64,000 bases of DNA from Patescibacteria group bacterium (GCA_049322215.1 JBMORU010000001.1:1046143-1110142), one strand, 5' to 3'. Counted from the first letter of the stretch, positions 28,401 through 37,768 are shown. The notes: generated by a model from the letters alone, not told the origin. Numbers and translations are program-made.

Positions 28401-28889
28401 TTATAAATTCTTGAATTTAAGTTGTATGTACGATGAATCAATTATTCTAAATAAAGTTTTTTTATTAATAAAGGAAAAAATAAAACTTAAACCTAACGTA
28501 AATAAGCCACCAAATAAAAGACTTAAAGACCAACTTACTGAAAACCCATTGACTACATACAAATACAGTATGTGTGCGCCAACACATGATATTAAATGAA
28601 GAGAAAACCCCTGTAATAAATATTTATTTAATAGGTGTGAAAAAGTTAATAATATAATAAAAACGGCAGAAGAAGTTCCTAAAACAGGCAATCCTAGCAA
28701 GTCCAGTAAAACTCCACCAATAAAAAGACTCAAATAAGAAGTATCTTTTAAGCCTAAAAGGGTAAATGAGTATGCATATGCAAAAATTAGGTTAGGAGCG
28801 AAAGAAGCACCCAATAACACAGGAAGAAATGAATCCTGAAACAAAGCTAGTATTAAATTCAACACTACTAAAAAAATTACTTTATTCAT
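28401..28889 (-). CDS. mreD: rod shape-determining protein MreD (polytopic membrane)
   Basis: 162-aa protein with 5 TM helices immediately downstream of mreC; 8-nt overlap. Confidence 0.55.
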   Translation of the reverse strand: MNKVIFLVVLNLILALFQDSFLPVLLGASFAPNLIFAYAYSFTLLGLKDTSYLSLFIGGVLLDLLGLPVLGTSSAVFIILLTFSHLLNKYLLQGFSLHLISCVGAHILYLYVVNGFSVSWSLSLLFGGLFTLGLSFIFSFINKKTLFRIIDSSYIQLKFKNL

Positions 28890-29661
28890 TTAAAATCACA
28901 AAAACTCTATTTAAATTAGAAATGTCTACCAATATATCTAAATAAGCGTTTTTAAGGGGCTCAGCAGATATTTCGCTTACACTCGCAACCTTTCCTACAA
29001 TAAGACCTGGCTCAAATAAGCCATCCTTTCCTGATGTAACAATAATATCATTTACATTTATTTCTTCATTTGGAAGAATTCTCGTCATTGCAATTGATGT
29101 GCCAAATTGACCTCTTGCTAGTCCCTCTGTTTTATTGCTTATATCTATGTCTATTACCGTAATTGAAACAGATGGCGATGTAATAAGTTTAACCACACTT
29201 CGTTCCGAACTTACTTCATCTACTACTCCCACTAAATAACTTCCAACCACAACGTTGCTCCCAATTGAAACACCTTGTCTAAAACCCTTATCTAAAATTA
29301 TTGTTTCACCAGAGGTATCATTGGGGTTACCTAAAACATTACTTAAAAGCAGCTCTCTAGAAAATAAACCCTCTTCAACCAAACCCAGTTGCTCTTTTAA
29401 TACTTTATTTTCATCACGTGCCCATTTTAATTCATTTACTTCAGATTGAAGCTGCTGAATTTGAGAACGCAGTTCAAAATTTTCATCTTTTATATTTTTC
29501 AAGTTTACAAAAAAGCTAACACCTCCGCGCGTATCTAAAGCTATAGTTTTTAAACCGTACTGCAGGGGGGAAGAAAAACGCTGAAAAACGTTCTCAATAG
29601 GATTTAATATGCCAATTGTTGCAAGCAATAAAACAATTATACTTACTAATAGCCATCTCAT
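28882..29661 (-). CDS. mreC: rod shape-determining protein MreC
   Basis: N-terminal TM, coiled coil 'LRSQIQQLQSEVNELK', beta-rich C-terminal domain; follows mreB. Confidence 0.7.
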   Translation of the reverse strand: MRWLLVSIIVLLLATIGILNPIENVFQRFSSPLQYGLKTIALDTRGGVSFFVNLKNIKDENFELRSQIQQLQSEVNELKWARDENKVLKEQLGLVEEGLFSRELLLSNVLGNPNDTSGETIILDKGFRQGVSIGSNVVVGSYLVGVVDEVSSERSVVKLITSPSVSITVIDIDISNKTEGLARGQFGTSIAMTRILPNEEINVNDIIVTSGKDGLFEPGLIVGKVASVSEISAEPLKNAYLDILVDISNLNRVFVILNE

Positions 29662-29684
29662 TGTCGTATTTTAACACCAATTTA

Positions 29685-30749
29685 TTACCCTTTTGCTATT
29701 TGTAAACGCTCAAGTAATAAGTTGTTCTCTAGCACTAAACCGCAACCTCTAACAACACAAGTCATAGGATCTTTTATTATATGTACTGGAACCTTTAACT
29801 CGGTAGACATAAGTTTATCTAATCCAGGAAGTTGAGACGTACCTCCCGCCAAATAAACACCGTGACGCAAAATATCAGGAACGAGTTCTGCAGGAGAATC
29901 TTCTATTACATCTTTAATAGCGCCAATAATTGTATTTACCGGAATCTTTAATGCCTCACGTAGTTCAGAACCGGTAATTTCTACCGATTTAGGCAAACCA
30001 CTTTTTAAATTTCTTCCGCTCATCATTGCTTTTAAGTCAGGATCGTTGCGTTGCTCTATTGCAGTTCCAATACGAAGTTTTAGTTCTTCAGCAGTACGAT
30101 CTCCTAAAAGCATGTTGTACTTTTGCTTAGCGTAATCAACTATAGCTTGGTCTAACTCATCTCCTGCTACAGGCAAAGACCTATTTAAAACTAACCCACC
30201 TAAAGAAATTACTGCAATTTCTGTAGTCCCGGCACCCATATCAACAATTAAAGTACCTTTTGGTTCATGAATAGGTAATCCGGCACCAATAGCTGCCGCC
30301 ATGGGTTCTTCAAGCAAAAAAGCTTGGCGAGCCCCCGCATTGCGTGCTGCGTCGATAACGGCTTTTCTTTCTACAGAAGTAACTCCCGACGGAACCCCTA
30401 AAACTATTTTAGGACGAGGAACCTTAGGAAACCTTGAGGGGGTGTCATGAACAGCTCTAATAAAGTAAGCAAGCATTTTTTCAGTAACATAAAAGTCAGA
30501 AATAACACCATCTCTTAGGGGTCTAATAGCCGTAATGGTAGAAGGAGTTTTTCCAAGCATTCGTTTTGCTTCTGCTCCTACCGCCAAAACTTCTTTGGTT
30601 TTTTTATGAATGGTAACTACAGTGGGCTCGCGAATTAAAATACCCTTACCTTTAACATATACAAGAGTATTAGCGGTGCCTAAATCTATGCCAATGTCGT
30701 GGGAGAATAACCCAAAAAACCTGTCCAACATACAAGGTGAGTGTACCAA
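29685..30749 (-). CDS. mreB: rod shape-determining actin homologue MreB
   Basis: 'DIGIDLGTANTLVYV', 'LVLNRSLPVAGDELD' and ATPase motifs. Probable start at the internal Met (MLDRFFG). Confidence 0.9.
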   Translation of the reverse strand: MVHSPCMLDRFFGLFSHDIGIDLGTANTLVYVKGKGILIREPTVVTIHKKTKEVLAVGAEAKRMLGKTPSTITAIRPLRDGVISDFYVTEKMLAYFIRAVHDTPSRFPKVPRPKIVLGVPSGVTSVERKAVIDAARNAGARQAFLLEEPMAAAIGAGLPIHEPKGTLIVDMGAGTTEIAVISLGGLVLNRSLPVAGDELDQAIVDYAKQKYNMLLGDRTAEELKLRIGTAIEQRNDPDLKAMMSGRNLKSGLPKSVEITGSELREALKIPVNTIIGAIKDVIEDSPAELVPDILRHGVYLAGGTSQLPGLDKLMSTELKVPVHIIKDPMTCVVRGCGLVLENNLLLERLQIAKG

Positions 30750-30981
30750 CTAAGTTAAAAAAATCATAGCTTTTAACCCTTTAAATAAAGCAAAAACCTA
30801 ATTTAGTACTCAACTTTATGCTGTTATTACTAAATTTGGAGTTTTTGTTATAGGTAGAACTAAATAGTGCTTAATATAAAGGTACATGTTTGTTGCCAAT
30901 ACCCTATAGTAGGGGTATAATTAGGATATCACGTGATAGATAGTAAGACACAATTCATAGTACATAAGGAGATAAATAGTC

Positions 30982-31938
30982 ATGGCTTTCGATTTTAGTT
31001 CACAACCGTACAAAGAGTACCATTACTTGATGGCGCTTTGTTCACACTTTGGACTTAGCCAAAATGGTGGTACCGCAGCGTTGAAAAAAAGGCTTTTGGA
31101 TGAGGGCATAGACATTACGCCAATTACAGGTACAGCGTTGTATAACCACTACCAGAAGGTATGTAAAGACAATGGACTGCCTGCAACGGGAACAATGAAG
31201 CAGCTCGTGGAAAGAATTCAAAAGAAACGAGGCGCTTCCCTGGTTCCCCCAGCGGCCAATATGTCTCAAGTACCTAAGTCGCACCGCACGCCTGCACCTG
31301 CACCTACGCCAGTACCCGCAGCAAATCCAGCAACGGCTACGCCACGACCTGCGACACCTGTGACACCTGCGCGTACGCCTGTAACAGCCAGATCCATCAT
31401 TTCCGCCGGCACAAAAAAAGCGTTGAAATGGGGCTTTTTGCTGATTTGGCTTTTGATCTGCGGTGTAGGTGCCCTGTTCGCACTCGCCTTGCCCATTAGC
31501 CTGCCTCAGCTCGACATCGCCATTGTGGAAAATCCTATCCTTTTCTGGGGCGGATTGACACCAAGCATCGTGACCTTGCTGTATGCCTTCTTTGTGAAAA
31601 CAAGAATTGGCGTGGCCTTGGTAAGAATGTTTGGCAACATGTTGGTAGGTATCGGCATGTGGTGGTGGATCGGCTATGCGCTGTTTGCATTCTCGCAATA
31701 TGGCGCCAGCTTCAATATCGCCATCATCACCGGATCAACTAACGCCATCATTTTAGGCGGCGGATTAGTAGCAGGTTCAATTATGGCAGTGCTCGTATCC
31801 ATATTGTTGGCAGCTCAAAAGCGCTACATCCTAATGAGCCTCAACATGTTCTTCTTGGTAATGGCCTTTGGCACCTCAGTCGTACTCGGATGGTGGGCTA
31901 CTCCGGCAGTTGAAACATTTATCAACTTCCTCAAATAG
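30982..31938 (+). CDS. GC-rich membrane protein with two SAP-like N-terminal motifs and a Pro/Thr/Ala-rich linker
   Basis: SAP-like 'LKKRLLDEGIDIT' and 'MKQLVERIQKK'; 'PAPAPTPVPAANPATATPRPATPVTPARTPVT' linker; 5-6 TM C-terminal domain. About 50% GC versus about 33% in flanks. Confidence 0.5.
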   Translation: MAFDFSSQPYKEYHYLMALCSHFGLSQNGGTAALKKRLLDEGIDITPITGTALYNHYQKVCKDNGLPATGTMKQLVERIQKKRGASLVPPAANMSQVPKSHRTPAPAPTPVPAANPATATPRPATPVTPARTPVTARSIISAGTKKALKWGFLLIWLLICGVGALFALALPISLPQLDIAIVENPILFWGGLTPSIVTLLYAFFVKTRIGVALVRMFGNMLVGIGMWWWIGYALFAFSQYGASFNIAIITGSTNAIILGGGLVAGSIMAVLVSILLAAQKRYILMSLNMFFLVMAFGTSVVLGWWATPAVETFINFLK

Positions 31939-31948
31939 CTTACCCTAA

Positions 31949-32019
31949 CTGGAGCGTAGAGATATTAGTTTGCAACGGTAAAACGTTAAAAATTAATTCT
32001 CTACCTCCAGATTTTTTTT
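31949..32019 (+). terminator. terminator-like structured hairpin after the SAP/membrane gene
   Basis: Stem CTGGAGCGTAGAGA / TCTCTACCTCCAG flanking a structured loop, followed by TTTTTTTT (32012-32019). Confidence 0.5.
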
Positions 32020-32120
32020 GCTTATAAACATAAAAATCCTTACTAAATTAACTCCCCCATCTCAAGCCTGCTTTTTAGCCCCATAGTGTCAAAACACCTT
32101 GTAAATGTTAAAATACATCA

Positions 32121-32642
32121 ATGGCAAAAGTACCTGTAATACAGGCTCCAAACGAAATATTAAACGCAAAGTGCACCCCAGTAGGTGCAAATGAAAACGT
32201 ACAAGAATTAGTTGCAAATCTTTTAGATACATTACGCTCACAGCGAAACCCCGAAGGTGCTGGGCTAGCCGCACCACAAATTGGAATTAACAAAAGAGTT
32301 TGTATCGTAAGAAAATACGCTACATCTAAAGACAGCGAAATAGAGTCATTTAAAGAATATGTACTAATAAACCCTGAAATCACTAGCATGTCAGACGCAA
32401 CAGATATTAAGTGGGAAGGCTGCTTAAGTATTCCAGATACATATGGAAAAGTTCAAAGAGCCAAAAGAGTTAAAGTAATTGCACTTAATGAAAAGGGTGA
32501 AAAAATTAAAATTAAAGCAGAAGGATTTTTTGCACGAGTAATTCAACACGAAGTAGATCACCTAAACGGAATATTATTTACCTCAAAAACAATTGGAGAA
32601 ACATTAACTGAAAAAGAGTTGGACTCACTAATGAAAGGTTAA
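32121..32642 (+). CDS. def: peptide deformylase
   Basis: 'GLAAPQIG', 'EGCLSIP', 'QHEVDHLNG' three-motif signature. Confidence 0.9.
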   Translation: MAKVPVIQAPNEILNAKCTPVGANENVQELVANLLDTLRSQRNPEGAGLAAPQIGINKRVCIVRKYATSKDSEIESFKEYVLINPEITSMSDATDIKWEGCLSIPDTYGKVQRAKRVKVIALNEKGEKIKIKAEGFFARVIQHEVDHLNGILFTSKTIGETLTEKELDSLMKG

Positions 32643-32652
32643 ATTTTTTAAA

Positions 32653-33600
32653 ATGAATGTTGCTTTTTTCGGTACATCAGACAGATCAATACCCATACTA
32701 GAGGCTTTAAATAATAGCTTTAGTTTGGTGTTATGTGTCACTAAAGAGGATGTAAAAGTGGGAAGAAAACAAACTGTAAAAGAAACTGCAGTAAAAAAAT
32801 GGGCTATGGATAATAGAGTACAAATTGTAACCGGCAATCCTAAAATACCAAACACAGCGTTAAATATACAAAACGCACTTTTAGGTAATAATGTGGAAGT
32901 AGGAGTAGTTGCAGACTACAGTTACATACTTCCTGAAAAAATTATTAATACACCTCAATTAAAATTAGTAAATATTCACTTTTCTTTGCTTCCTTACTAT
33001 AGGGGTGCAAGCCCAGTACAAGCTGCCATCAAAAATGGAGATAAAATAACAGGTGTCACCTACTATGTAATGGATAAAGAAATGGATACTGGGGATACTT
33101 TATTTCAATTTGAATACAAGTTAAAAGGAACCGAAACTACGCAAGACCTCTACTCTACTCTATTTAATAAAGCAGCAGAAAAATTACCCGAAGTTTTAAA
33201 CCAGTATGAAAAAAATATACTAACACCTAAACCTCAAAATAATATTGAAGCAACATATACGTACTCACTAACTCATCCAAAACATACTTTTATATATAAA
33301 GAAGACGCAAAAATAAACTGGGAAAAACCTGTTCAGCAAATAGAACAAGAAATTAGAGCTTATTATCCCTGGCCAATAAGTTGGACTACTTTAGAGGAAA
33401 TTAATAAAAACAGCAAAATCGCTACACTAGAAAATAATCCACCAAAACTAAAAAAAGACAAAAATACAAATTTAACAGTAAAAATATATTCTGCAGAAAT
33501 CACAAGCGTAAACAAACTTAAAATAAACGAACTACAAGTTGAGGGGAAAAATAAAATGAATTGGAAAGATTTTTCTAACGGATACTTAACAAACGCTTAA
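32653..33600 (+). CDS. fmt: methionyl-tRNA formyltransferase
   Basis: Formyl-transferase N-domain 'NIHFSLLPYYRGASPVQAAI'; C-terminal domain; immediately follows def. Confidence 0.85.
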   Translation: MNVAFFGTSDRSIPILEALNNSFSLVLCVTKEDVKVGRKQTVKETAVKKWAMDNRVQIVTGNPKIPNTALNIQNALLGNNVEVGVVADYSYILPEKIINTPQLKLVNIHFSLLPYYRGASPVQAAIKNGDKITGVTYYVMDKEMDTGDTLFQFEYKLKGTETTQDLYSTLFNKAAEKLPEVLNQYEKNILTPKPQNNIEATYTYSLTHPKHTFIYKEDAKINWEKPVQQIEQEIRAYYPWPISWTTLEEINKNSKIATLENNPPKLKKDKNTNLTVKIYSAEITSVNKLKINELQVEGKNKMNWKDFSNGYLTNA

Positions 33601-33604
33601 AAAA

Positions 33605-33883
33605 TTAGTTTTCAGAAGTTTCTACAGAATCATCCGAGTCAGTATAAGATACTAACTTTGCATTTTTCTCATTTATTACAGCTTTTTCTTCTACTTTAAT
33701 TCTTTTTAAACACGAAGAACAAATACGCATATGTACAGAAGTACCACCAATATTAAACTTCTTGTTTCTTAAGTTCACCTGTTGGCGTTTTATGGCTCTA
33801 TTTGTTACACGTCGACCTATACCACGTGGAACTGAATTGCCTTTTAAATAACTTTTTTCGCATAGTGCGCATACTTTTGACAT
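33605..33883 (-). CDS. rpmB: 50S ribosomal protein L28 (zinc-ribbon type, with C-terminal extension)
   Basis: 'MSKVCALCEK..LKGNSV...T.R....NL...' and the second Cys pair 'ICSSC' fit L28. Confidence 0.6.
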   Translation of the reverse strand: MSKVCALCEKSYLKGNSVPRGIGRRVTNRAIKRQQVNLRNKKFNIGGTSVHMRICSSCLKRIKVEEKAVINEKNAKLVSYTDSDDSVETSEN

Positions 33884-34037
33884 AGCTTTATGACCTTATC
33901 ATTTTATTAAATTATTTGCAATTGCTTTGTTGAAAGTGTTTGCAGAAAAAAAAGGCAGAAATCTTTGAAGAAACTAAACAAAGAATCTGCCTTGAGCTTT
34001 AAAAAATTAAGCAATCATTTTGTCCCCTCTTGGTGGC

Positions 34038-34385
34038 TTATTCAATATGTGGAACTTTATCGGTATAGGGACCTAAATCTATAGGAATAATACGCCCGAT
34101 TTTTCGTAAAAGGCTGCTTTGAGAAATTCTCCCCCGCACAGCAATACGAAATGATCCGGAACCATTCCAACCGTTGACTTTAACGGTGGTTCTATTTACT
34201 CCAATTTTTTGGTCTTGCCCTTTCTTTTTAACCAGACCACGATGCTTCTTTACATGCATGTCCATTTGTAGCCTCCAAGTATGTTGATTTGTAATAAAAA
34301 AATTATAAAGGAAAATTGCAGCAAAATAAATTAGAACAAAAAGCACACAAGCATTCAAAAGCAATATGGTAGAATCCTTTAGCAT
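34038..34385 (-). CDS. small basic hypothetical protein (start uncertain; possibly about 73 aa from 'MDMHVKKHRG')
   Basis: The track ORF's N-terminal 40 aa is a hydrophobic read-through. The basic C-terminal part resembles small OB-fold or ribosomal-type proteins but could not be assigned. Confidence 0.3.
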   Translation of the reverse strand: MLKDSTILLLNACVLFVLIYFAAIFLYNFFITNQHTWRLQMDMHVKKHRGLVKKKGQDQKIGVNRTTVKVNGWNGSGSFRIAVRGRISQSSLLRKIGRIIPIDLGPYTDKVPHIE

Positions 34386-34476
34386 TTGATAAACTTTACA
34401 AGTCTATGCGCAGTGTGAACTTAAAGGAATAGGATGTGTAAGCTGCATCAGAAACACTATGCATAAAGCACTAACT

Positions 34477-34552
34477 GCCTGGATAGCTCAGCTGGTAGAG
34501 CAGCCCCCTTGTAAGGGGCAGGTCAGGAGTTCGAGTCTCCTTCCAGGCTCCA
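34477..34552 (+). tRNA. tRNA-Thr (anticodon UGU)
   Basis: Cloverleaf folded by hand: acceptor GCCTGGA/TCCAGGC, D-stem GCTC/GAGC, anticodon stem GCCCC/GGGGC with loop CTTGTAA, T-arm AGGAG-TTCGAGT-CTCCT, encoded CCA. Confidence 0.9.
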
Positions 34553-34556
34553 TTAC

Positions 34557-34642
34557 GCCGGGATACCGAAGCGGTCAAACGGAGCAGTCTGTAAAACTGT
34601 TGGCGCATGCCTTCGCAGGTTCGAATCCTGCTCCCGGCACCA
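34557..34642 (+). tRNA. tRNA-Tyr (anticodon GUA), class II with long variable arm
   Basis: Acceptor GCCGGGA/TCCCGGC, anticodon loop CTGTAAA, long variable arm, T-arm GCAGG-TTCGAAT-CCTGC, encoded CCA. Confidence 0.9.
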
Positions 34643-34689
34643 GGGAAATAGTTATATAAAAGTATGTAGCTATTTCCCTGGTTTGCTAG

Positions 34690-34764
34690 GCCTGGGTAGT
34701 TCAGAGGTAGAACGCTTCCATGGTAAGGAAGAAGTCGAGGGTTCAATTCCCTCCCCAGGCTCCA
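34690..34764 (+). tRNA. tRNA-Thr (anticodon GGU)
   Basis: Acceptor GCCTGGG/CCCAGGC, anticodon stem CTTCC/GGAAG with loop ATGGTAA, T-arm GAGGG-TTCAATT-CCCTC, encoded CCA. Confidence 0.9.
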
Positions 34765-34831
34765 CTAAAATTTGCACAAATAAAATACCTTATAAAGACT
34801 TTCCCACATAAAATGTATATAATTTAAATTA

Positions 34832-35485
34832 ATGATTACAAAAGAACTTGTTGAGTATATAAACGAAAATAGAAAAAAAGATATTTCTGACCAACAAATT
34901 AAAGAAAATCTAAAGCAAATAGGTTGGAAAATTACTGATATTAACTTTGCTCTAGAGCATGCAGATAAAAATTTACCAGTTCCCCCATATGAGCCCGAAG
35001 TTATAAAGCAAAAAGGTTATCAAAGCATGTGGGACGCTTTTTTACATATAATGATGTTTATATCTATGTACGTAAGTTTTATAGCGTCACAAGTTGTCAT
35101 ATTCAGCTATATAAATTATTTTGTACCAGAAAGATACAGAGCGTATACCTATAATAATGACCCCTTTTCAGAAAGCACTTGGGCAGTAGCCGCTTTAATA
35201 GTTACGTTTCCATTTTTTGCTTACTTGTTTTTAAAAATTGCTAAAAAAACCAAAGAAGATCCTATGGTGAGGTCATTAAAATCAAGAAAAATACTAATAT
35301 ATGGAACACTAATAGCAACTTTTGTAACTATGATTGTAATTACTATTATAGAAGTAGCTGGATTACTAACAGGAGACGTAACAACAAATATAAATTTAAA
35401 ACTTTTATCCGTATTTGTCGTATCAGCACTTGTATTTAGTTACTACTTAAATCAAGTAAAGGAAGATAGACAAGTAAATGCTTAA
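34832..35485 (+). CDS. hypothetical membrane protein (soluble N-terminal domain plus about 4 TM helices)
   Basis: 217-aa ORF; hydrophobic helices after residue 60. Confidence 0.45.
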   Translation: MITKELVEYINENRKKDISDQQIKENLKQIGWKITDINFALEHADKNLPVPPYEPEVIKQKGYQSMWDAFLHIMMFISMYVSFIASQVVIFSYINYFVPERYRAYTYNNDPFSESTWAVAALIVTFPFFAYLFLKIAKKTKEDPMVRSLKSRKILIYGTLIATFVTMIVITIIEVAGLLTGDVTTNINLKLLSVFVVSALVFSYYLNQVKEDRQVNA

Positions 35486-35954
35486 GCACTATGCGGCAGT
35501 TGTTGTATTAATGGTAATTACAGCTCTGTTGGTTGGAGGTACCTATATATTTGGAGACAGTCCAAACGTTAAGCGAGGTAAAGAACTTGATAATATTAGA
35601 GAAAACGATTTAAACTCTTTAAAATTTTTTATTGAAAATTATACTGCCGAACATAAAGCCCTACCAAAAACTCTAGAAGAAATTAAGGTAACAAATTCTA
35701 CAAAAAGTGACCCGGAAACTAATGTTTTATATGAATACAAAGTATTAGATGCGACAAATTACGAACTTTGTGCAAATTTTACTTTTTCAACGCAAGACTC
35801 AGAAAATCAAAACAATTATCGAGGAGCCTACACAGTACCATACCTGCATGATCAAGGTTACCAATGCTTTCAATTCAGGGTAACAACTCATTTAGAAGAA
35901 GCTCCAATAAGAGAAAAACCTATTCCGTTGCCCGAACCTATTATTTTGCAATAA
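35478..35954 (+). CDS. hypothetical N-terminally anchored protein, translationally coupled (8-nt overlap)
   Basis: N-terminal TM 'AAVVVLMVITALLVGG'; ATGCTTAA overlap with the upstream stop. Confidence 0.4.
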   Translation: MLKHYAAVVVLMVITALLVGGTYIFGDSPNVKRGKELDNIRENDLNSLKFFIENYTAEHKALPKTLEEIKVTNSTKSDPETNVLYEYKVLDATNYELCANFTFSTQDSENQNNYRGAYTVPYLHDQGYQCFQFRVTTHLEEAPIREKPIPLPEPIILQ

Positions 35955-36009
35955 ACCTATTAAGGCATTGACACAAACTGCTGTAAAATAAATAATGCCT
36001 AGTACGTAT

Positions 36010-36085
36010 AGGGGTGTAGCTCAGCTGGTAGAGCACTGGTCTCCAAAACCAGGTGTCGGGGGTTCAAGTCCCTCCACCCCTGCCA
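36010..36085 (+). tRNA. tRNA-Trp (anticodon CCA)
   Basis: Acceptor AGGGGTG/CACCCCT, anticodon stem CTGGT/ACCAG with loop CTCCAAA, T-arm GGGGG-TTCAAGT-CCCTC, encoded CCA. Confidence 0.9.
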
Positions 36086-36142
36086 ACAACAATCAATGCT
36101 ACCCAATTTGTCTCTCCAAAAGTAACTCTCCTAAACTATTAC

Positions 36143-36159
36143 ACTATAGGTTTACAAAA
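36143..36159 (+). repeat. copy 1 of repeated motif ACTATAGGTTTACAAAA (T7-promoter-core-like)
   Basis: Identical 17-mer at 36736-36752; 10-nt core ACTATAGGTT also at 38742 and 40097(-). Lies 2 nt before the ATG of a 26-aa ORF. Confidence 0.6.
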
Positions 36160-36160
36160 G

Positions 36161-36241
36161 ATGGCTTTGGAATGTCCATGTTCTTACGAAAGCAAGAAGT
36201 CGAAAAAATCATCCGTGTAATCACAAATTACTGGAACTAAT
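36161..36241 (+). CDS. 26-aa peptide ORF (MAFGMSMFLRKQEVEKIIRVITNYWN), speculative
   Basis: Bracketed precisely by motif copy 1 and terminator hairpin A, directly after tRNA-Trp; no RBS. Confidence 0.2.
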
Positions 36242-36246
36242 TTAGC

Positions 36247-36309
36247 AAGGAGTTGGAACTTTAAGTTGTATATAAAAAACAACTCGAGTTTTAACTCCTT
36301 ATTTTTTTC
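36247..36309 (+). terminator. terminator hairpin A (first of three homologous elements)
   Basis: AAGGAGTTGGAACTTTAAGTTG-loop-CAACTCGAGTTTTAACTCCTT then ATTTTTTTC; homologous to elements at 37638 and 39078. Confidence 0.5.
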
Positions 36310-36432
36310 AAAAAAAACAGTTTAAATAAGATGAAGCCCTAAAATCATTCATTCTACTTGCTAAACTCTAAACTTAAGTAACATTAGCTAGCTTTAAATT
36401 TACACTACAGAATTTCTATATATAATAAGGAT

Positions 36433-36675
36433 ATGTGCTTAAATAGTGGCTCTACATATGGAGTTCCCCAAGATATAGAAACTATTTCAGACTTAATACA
36501 ACTGGTTATTTTTGTTGCCAGCTTAATAGGACTTTTTGCCCCTATAACCATTCAATATCTAATGAAAAAAAAGCTGACGTTTAAGTCTATATTGCTACTA
36601 CTGACAAAAGGGTTACTAATTTGGATTATATTTGTTGTTTTAAGTAAGTTACTACTAAATACTTTGTGTATATAA
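36433..36675 (+). CDS. small hydrophobic membrane protein (2 TM), hypothetical
   Basis: 80-aa ORF, mostly hydrophobic. Confidence 0.3.
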   Translation: MCLNSGSTYGVPQDIETISDLIQLVIFVASLIGLFAPITIQYLMKKKLTFKSILLLLTKGLLIWIIFVVLSKLLLNTLCI

Positions 36676-36743
36676 CATAGGTAGTGCTTTAACCACCCAA
36701 ATGCATACAACTTAATTCAAAAAGCAATTATGAATACTATAGG

Positions 36744-36772
36744 TTTACAAAATGCCTACCAAACAGTATAAT
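36744..36772 (+). promoter_or_regulatory. sigma-70-like promoter TTTACA-N17-TATAAT embedded in motif copy 2
   Basis: TTTACA (36744-49), exact 17-nt spacer, TATAAT (36767-72); AGAGG RBS and ATG of the CPBP gene lie about 40 nt downstream. Confidence 0.45.
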
Positions 36773-36812
36773 TACAACTACAAATAAACCTACATCAAAA
36801 GAGGTAAACGAA

Positions 36813-37628
36813 ATGCGTAAACAAAAAACGTGGAAACCAACCAAATGGGATTGGCCTACGTTCCAGGAACAATGGATAAGGTTTCTATTAGCTTTCGGAG
36901 TAGTAGCTCTGATTATTCCTATAGGTAATAAGGAATTTATCTTGAAATCACTTAGTACTCCTACTGTTACAAAGCTTCTTCTAGCTATAGTTGCTGGAGT
37001 ATTAATATATCTGTTACGAAGCCCATTATATACAAAGGACTTTATTACTGGGGTTATTCAAAAGTGGGATAAAAACCCAGATTATACTCCAAAGAAAAAA
37101 CCTTTTGCTAGGTATGTACTTAAGTGCCCTGAAGAGGAACTCACACATAGATACCTGATCTTTTTTCTGATCATGACAATATGCCAAACAAATCCTGCGG
37201 AACACTGGCAACGTCTGGCAATAATGTATTTAGCAGTAGTAGTAGGAATGTACTTGCAACGCACCAATGTAAAGGTAAAACTATTTGCAGAACTTGCAGT
37301 AGAAGTCCCGGTAATAATAGGGATTAATGCTGTTCTTGCAAATACAGGTGTTCTAACTAATTCCTTTTACGTTTGGGGAATGGCTACGACAGTAACTTCG
37401 GTAAATTGTGCCCTTGATCACATAATAGCTGTAGAAAGTTCGTGGCAAAAGTACAGCAGAAACGAGCGCATTAAAACAGTATTAGGTCATTTTGCAGGAG
37501 GCATGCGCTATTCAATTATAATGTGGTTGTTTGGCTACCAAGTAATATACCCAATAGTCACTCACCTAGCGCACAATTTCACCTCAGAAGGCATAAAAAG
37601 AACCGTTTTCAACACAGAAGATTGGTAA
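36813..37628 (+). CDS. CPBP-family (CAAX protease / Abi, bacteriocin-immunity-like) intramembrane metalloprotease
   Basis: Polytopic; 'EEELTHRY' (EExxxR motif 1), 'HFAGG' region, and 'HLAHN' (HxxxN motif 3). Confidence 0.5.
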   Translation: MRKQKTWKPTKWDWPTFQEQWIRFLLAFGVVALIIPIGNKEFILKSLSTPTVTKLLLAIVAGVLIYLLRSPLYTKDFITGVIQKWDKNPDYTPKKKPFARYVLKCPEEELTHRYLIFFLIMTICQTNPAEHWQRLAIMYLAVVVGMYLQRTNVKVKLFAELAVEVPVIIGINAVLANTGVLTNSFYVWGMATTVTSVNCALDHIIAVESSWQKYSRNERIKTVLGHFAGGMRYSIIMWLFGYQVIYPIVTHLAHNFTSEGIKRTVFNTEDW

Positions 37629-37637
37629 GCAGCTAAT

Positions 37638-37690
37638 AAGGAGTTAAAATTTTGGTTATAAAAAATAGCTTAAGTTTTAACTCCTTTTTC
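37638..37690 (+). terminator. terminator hairpin B (perfect 12-bp stem AAGGAGTTAAAA/TTTTAACTCCTT plus T-run)
   Basis: Homologous to hairpins A and C; directly follows the CPBP gene stop. Confidence 0.55.
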
Positions 37691-37768
37691 TTTTAAAAAC
37701 CTAAACTAAAAAAAAAGTTGGTAGTTTGGAGTTTAGTTCCAAAATACCAACTCATGCTTAAGCTTATA

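Noticed and set aside
31042-31698. Track ORFs 31042..31698(-) and 31266..31496(-) (Arg/Cys-rich)
   Set aside because: Antisense frames opened by the locally high GC of the SAP/membrane gene; composition-driven artefacts.
34459-34746. Track ORFs 34459..34659(+) and 34471..34746(-)
   Set aside because: They overlap three hand-folded tRNA genes (Thr, Tyr, Thr); spurious.
35995-36240. Track ORF 35995..36240(+), 81 aa
   Set aside because: Its 5' half is tRNA-Trp. Only the last 26 codons (36161..36241) could be a real small ORF, reported separately at low confidence.
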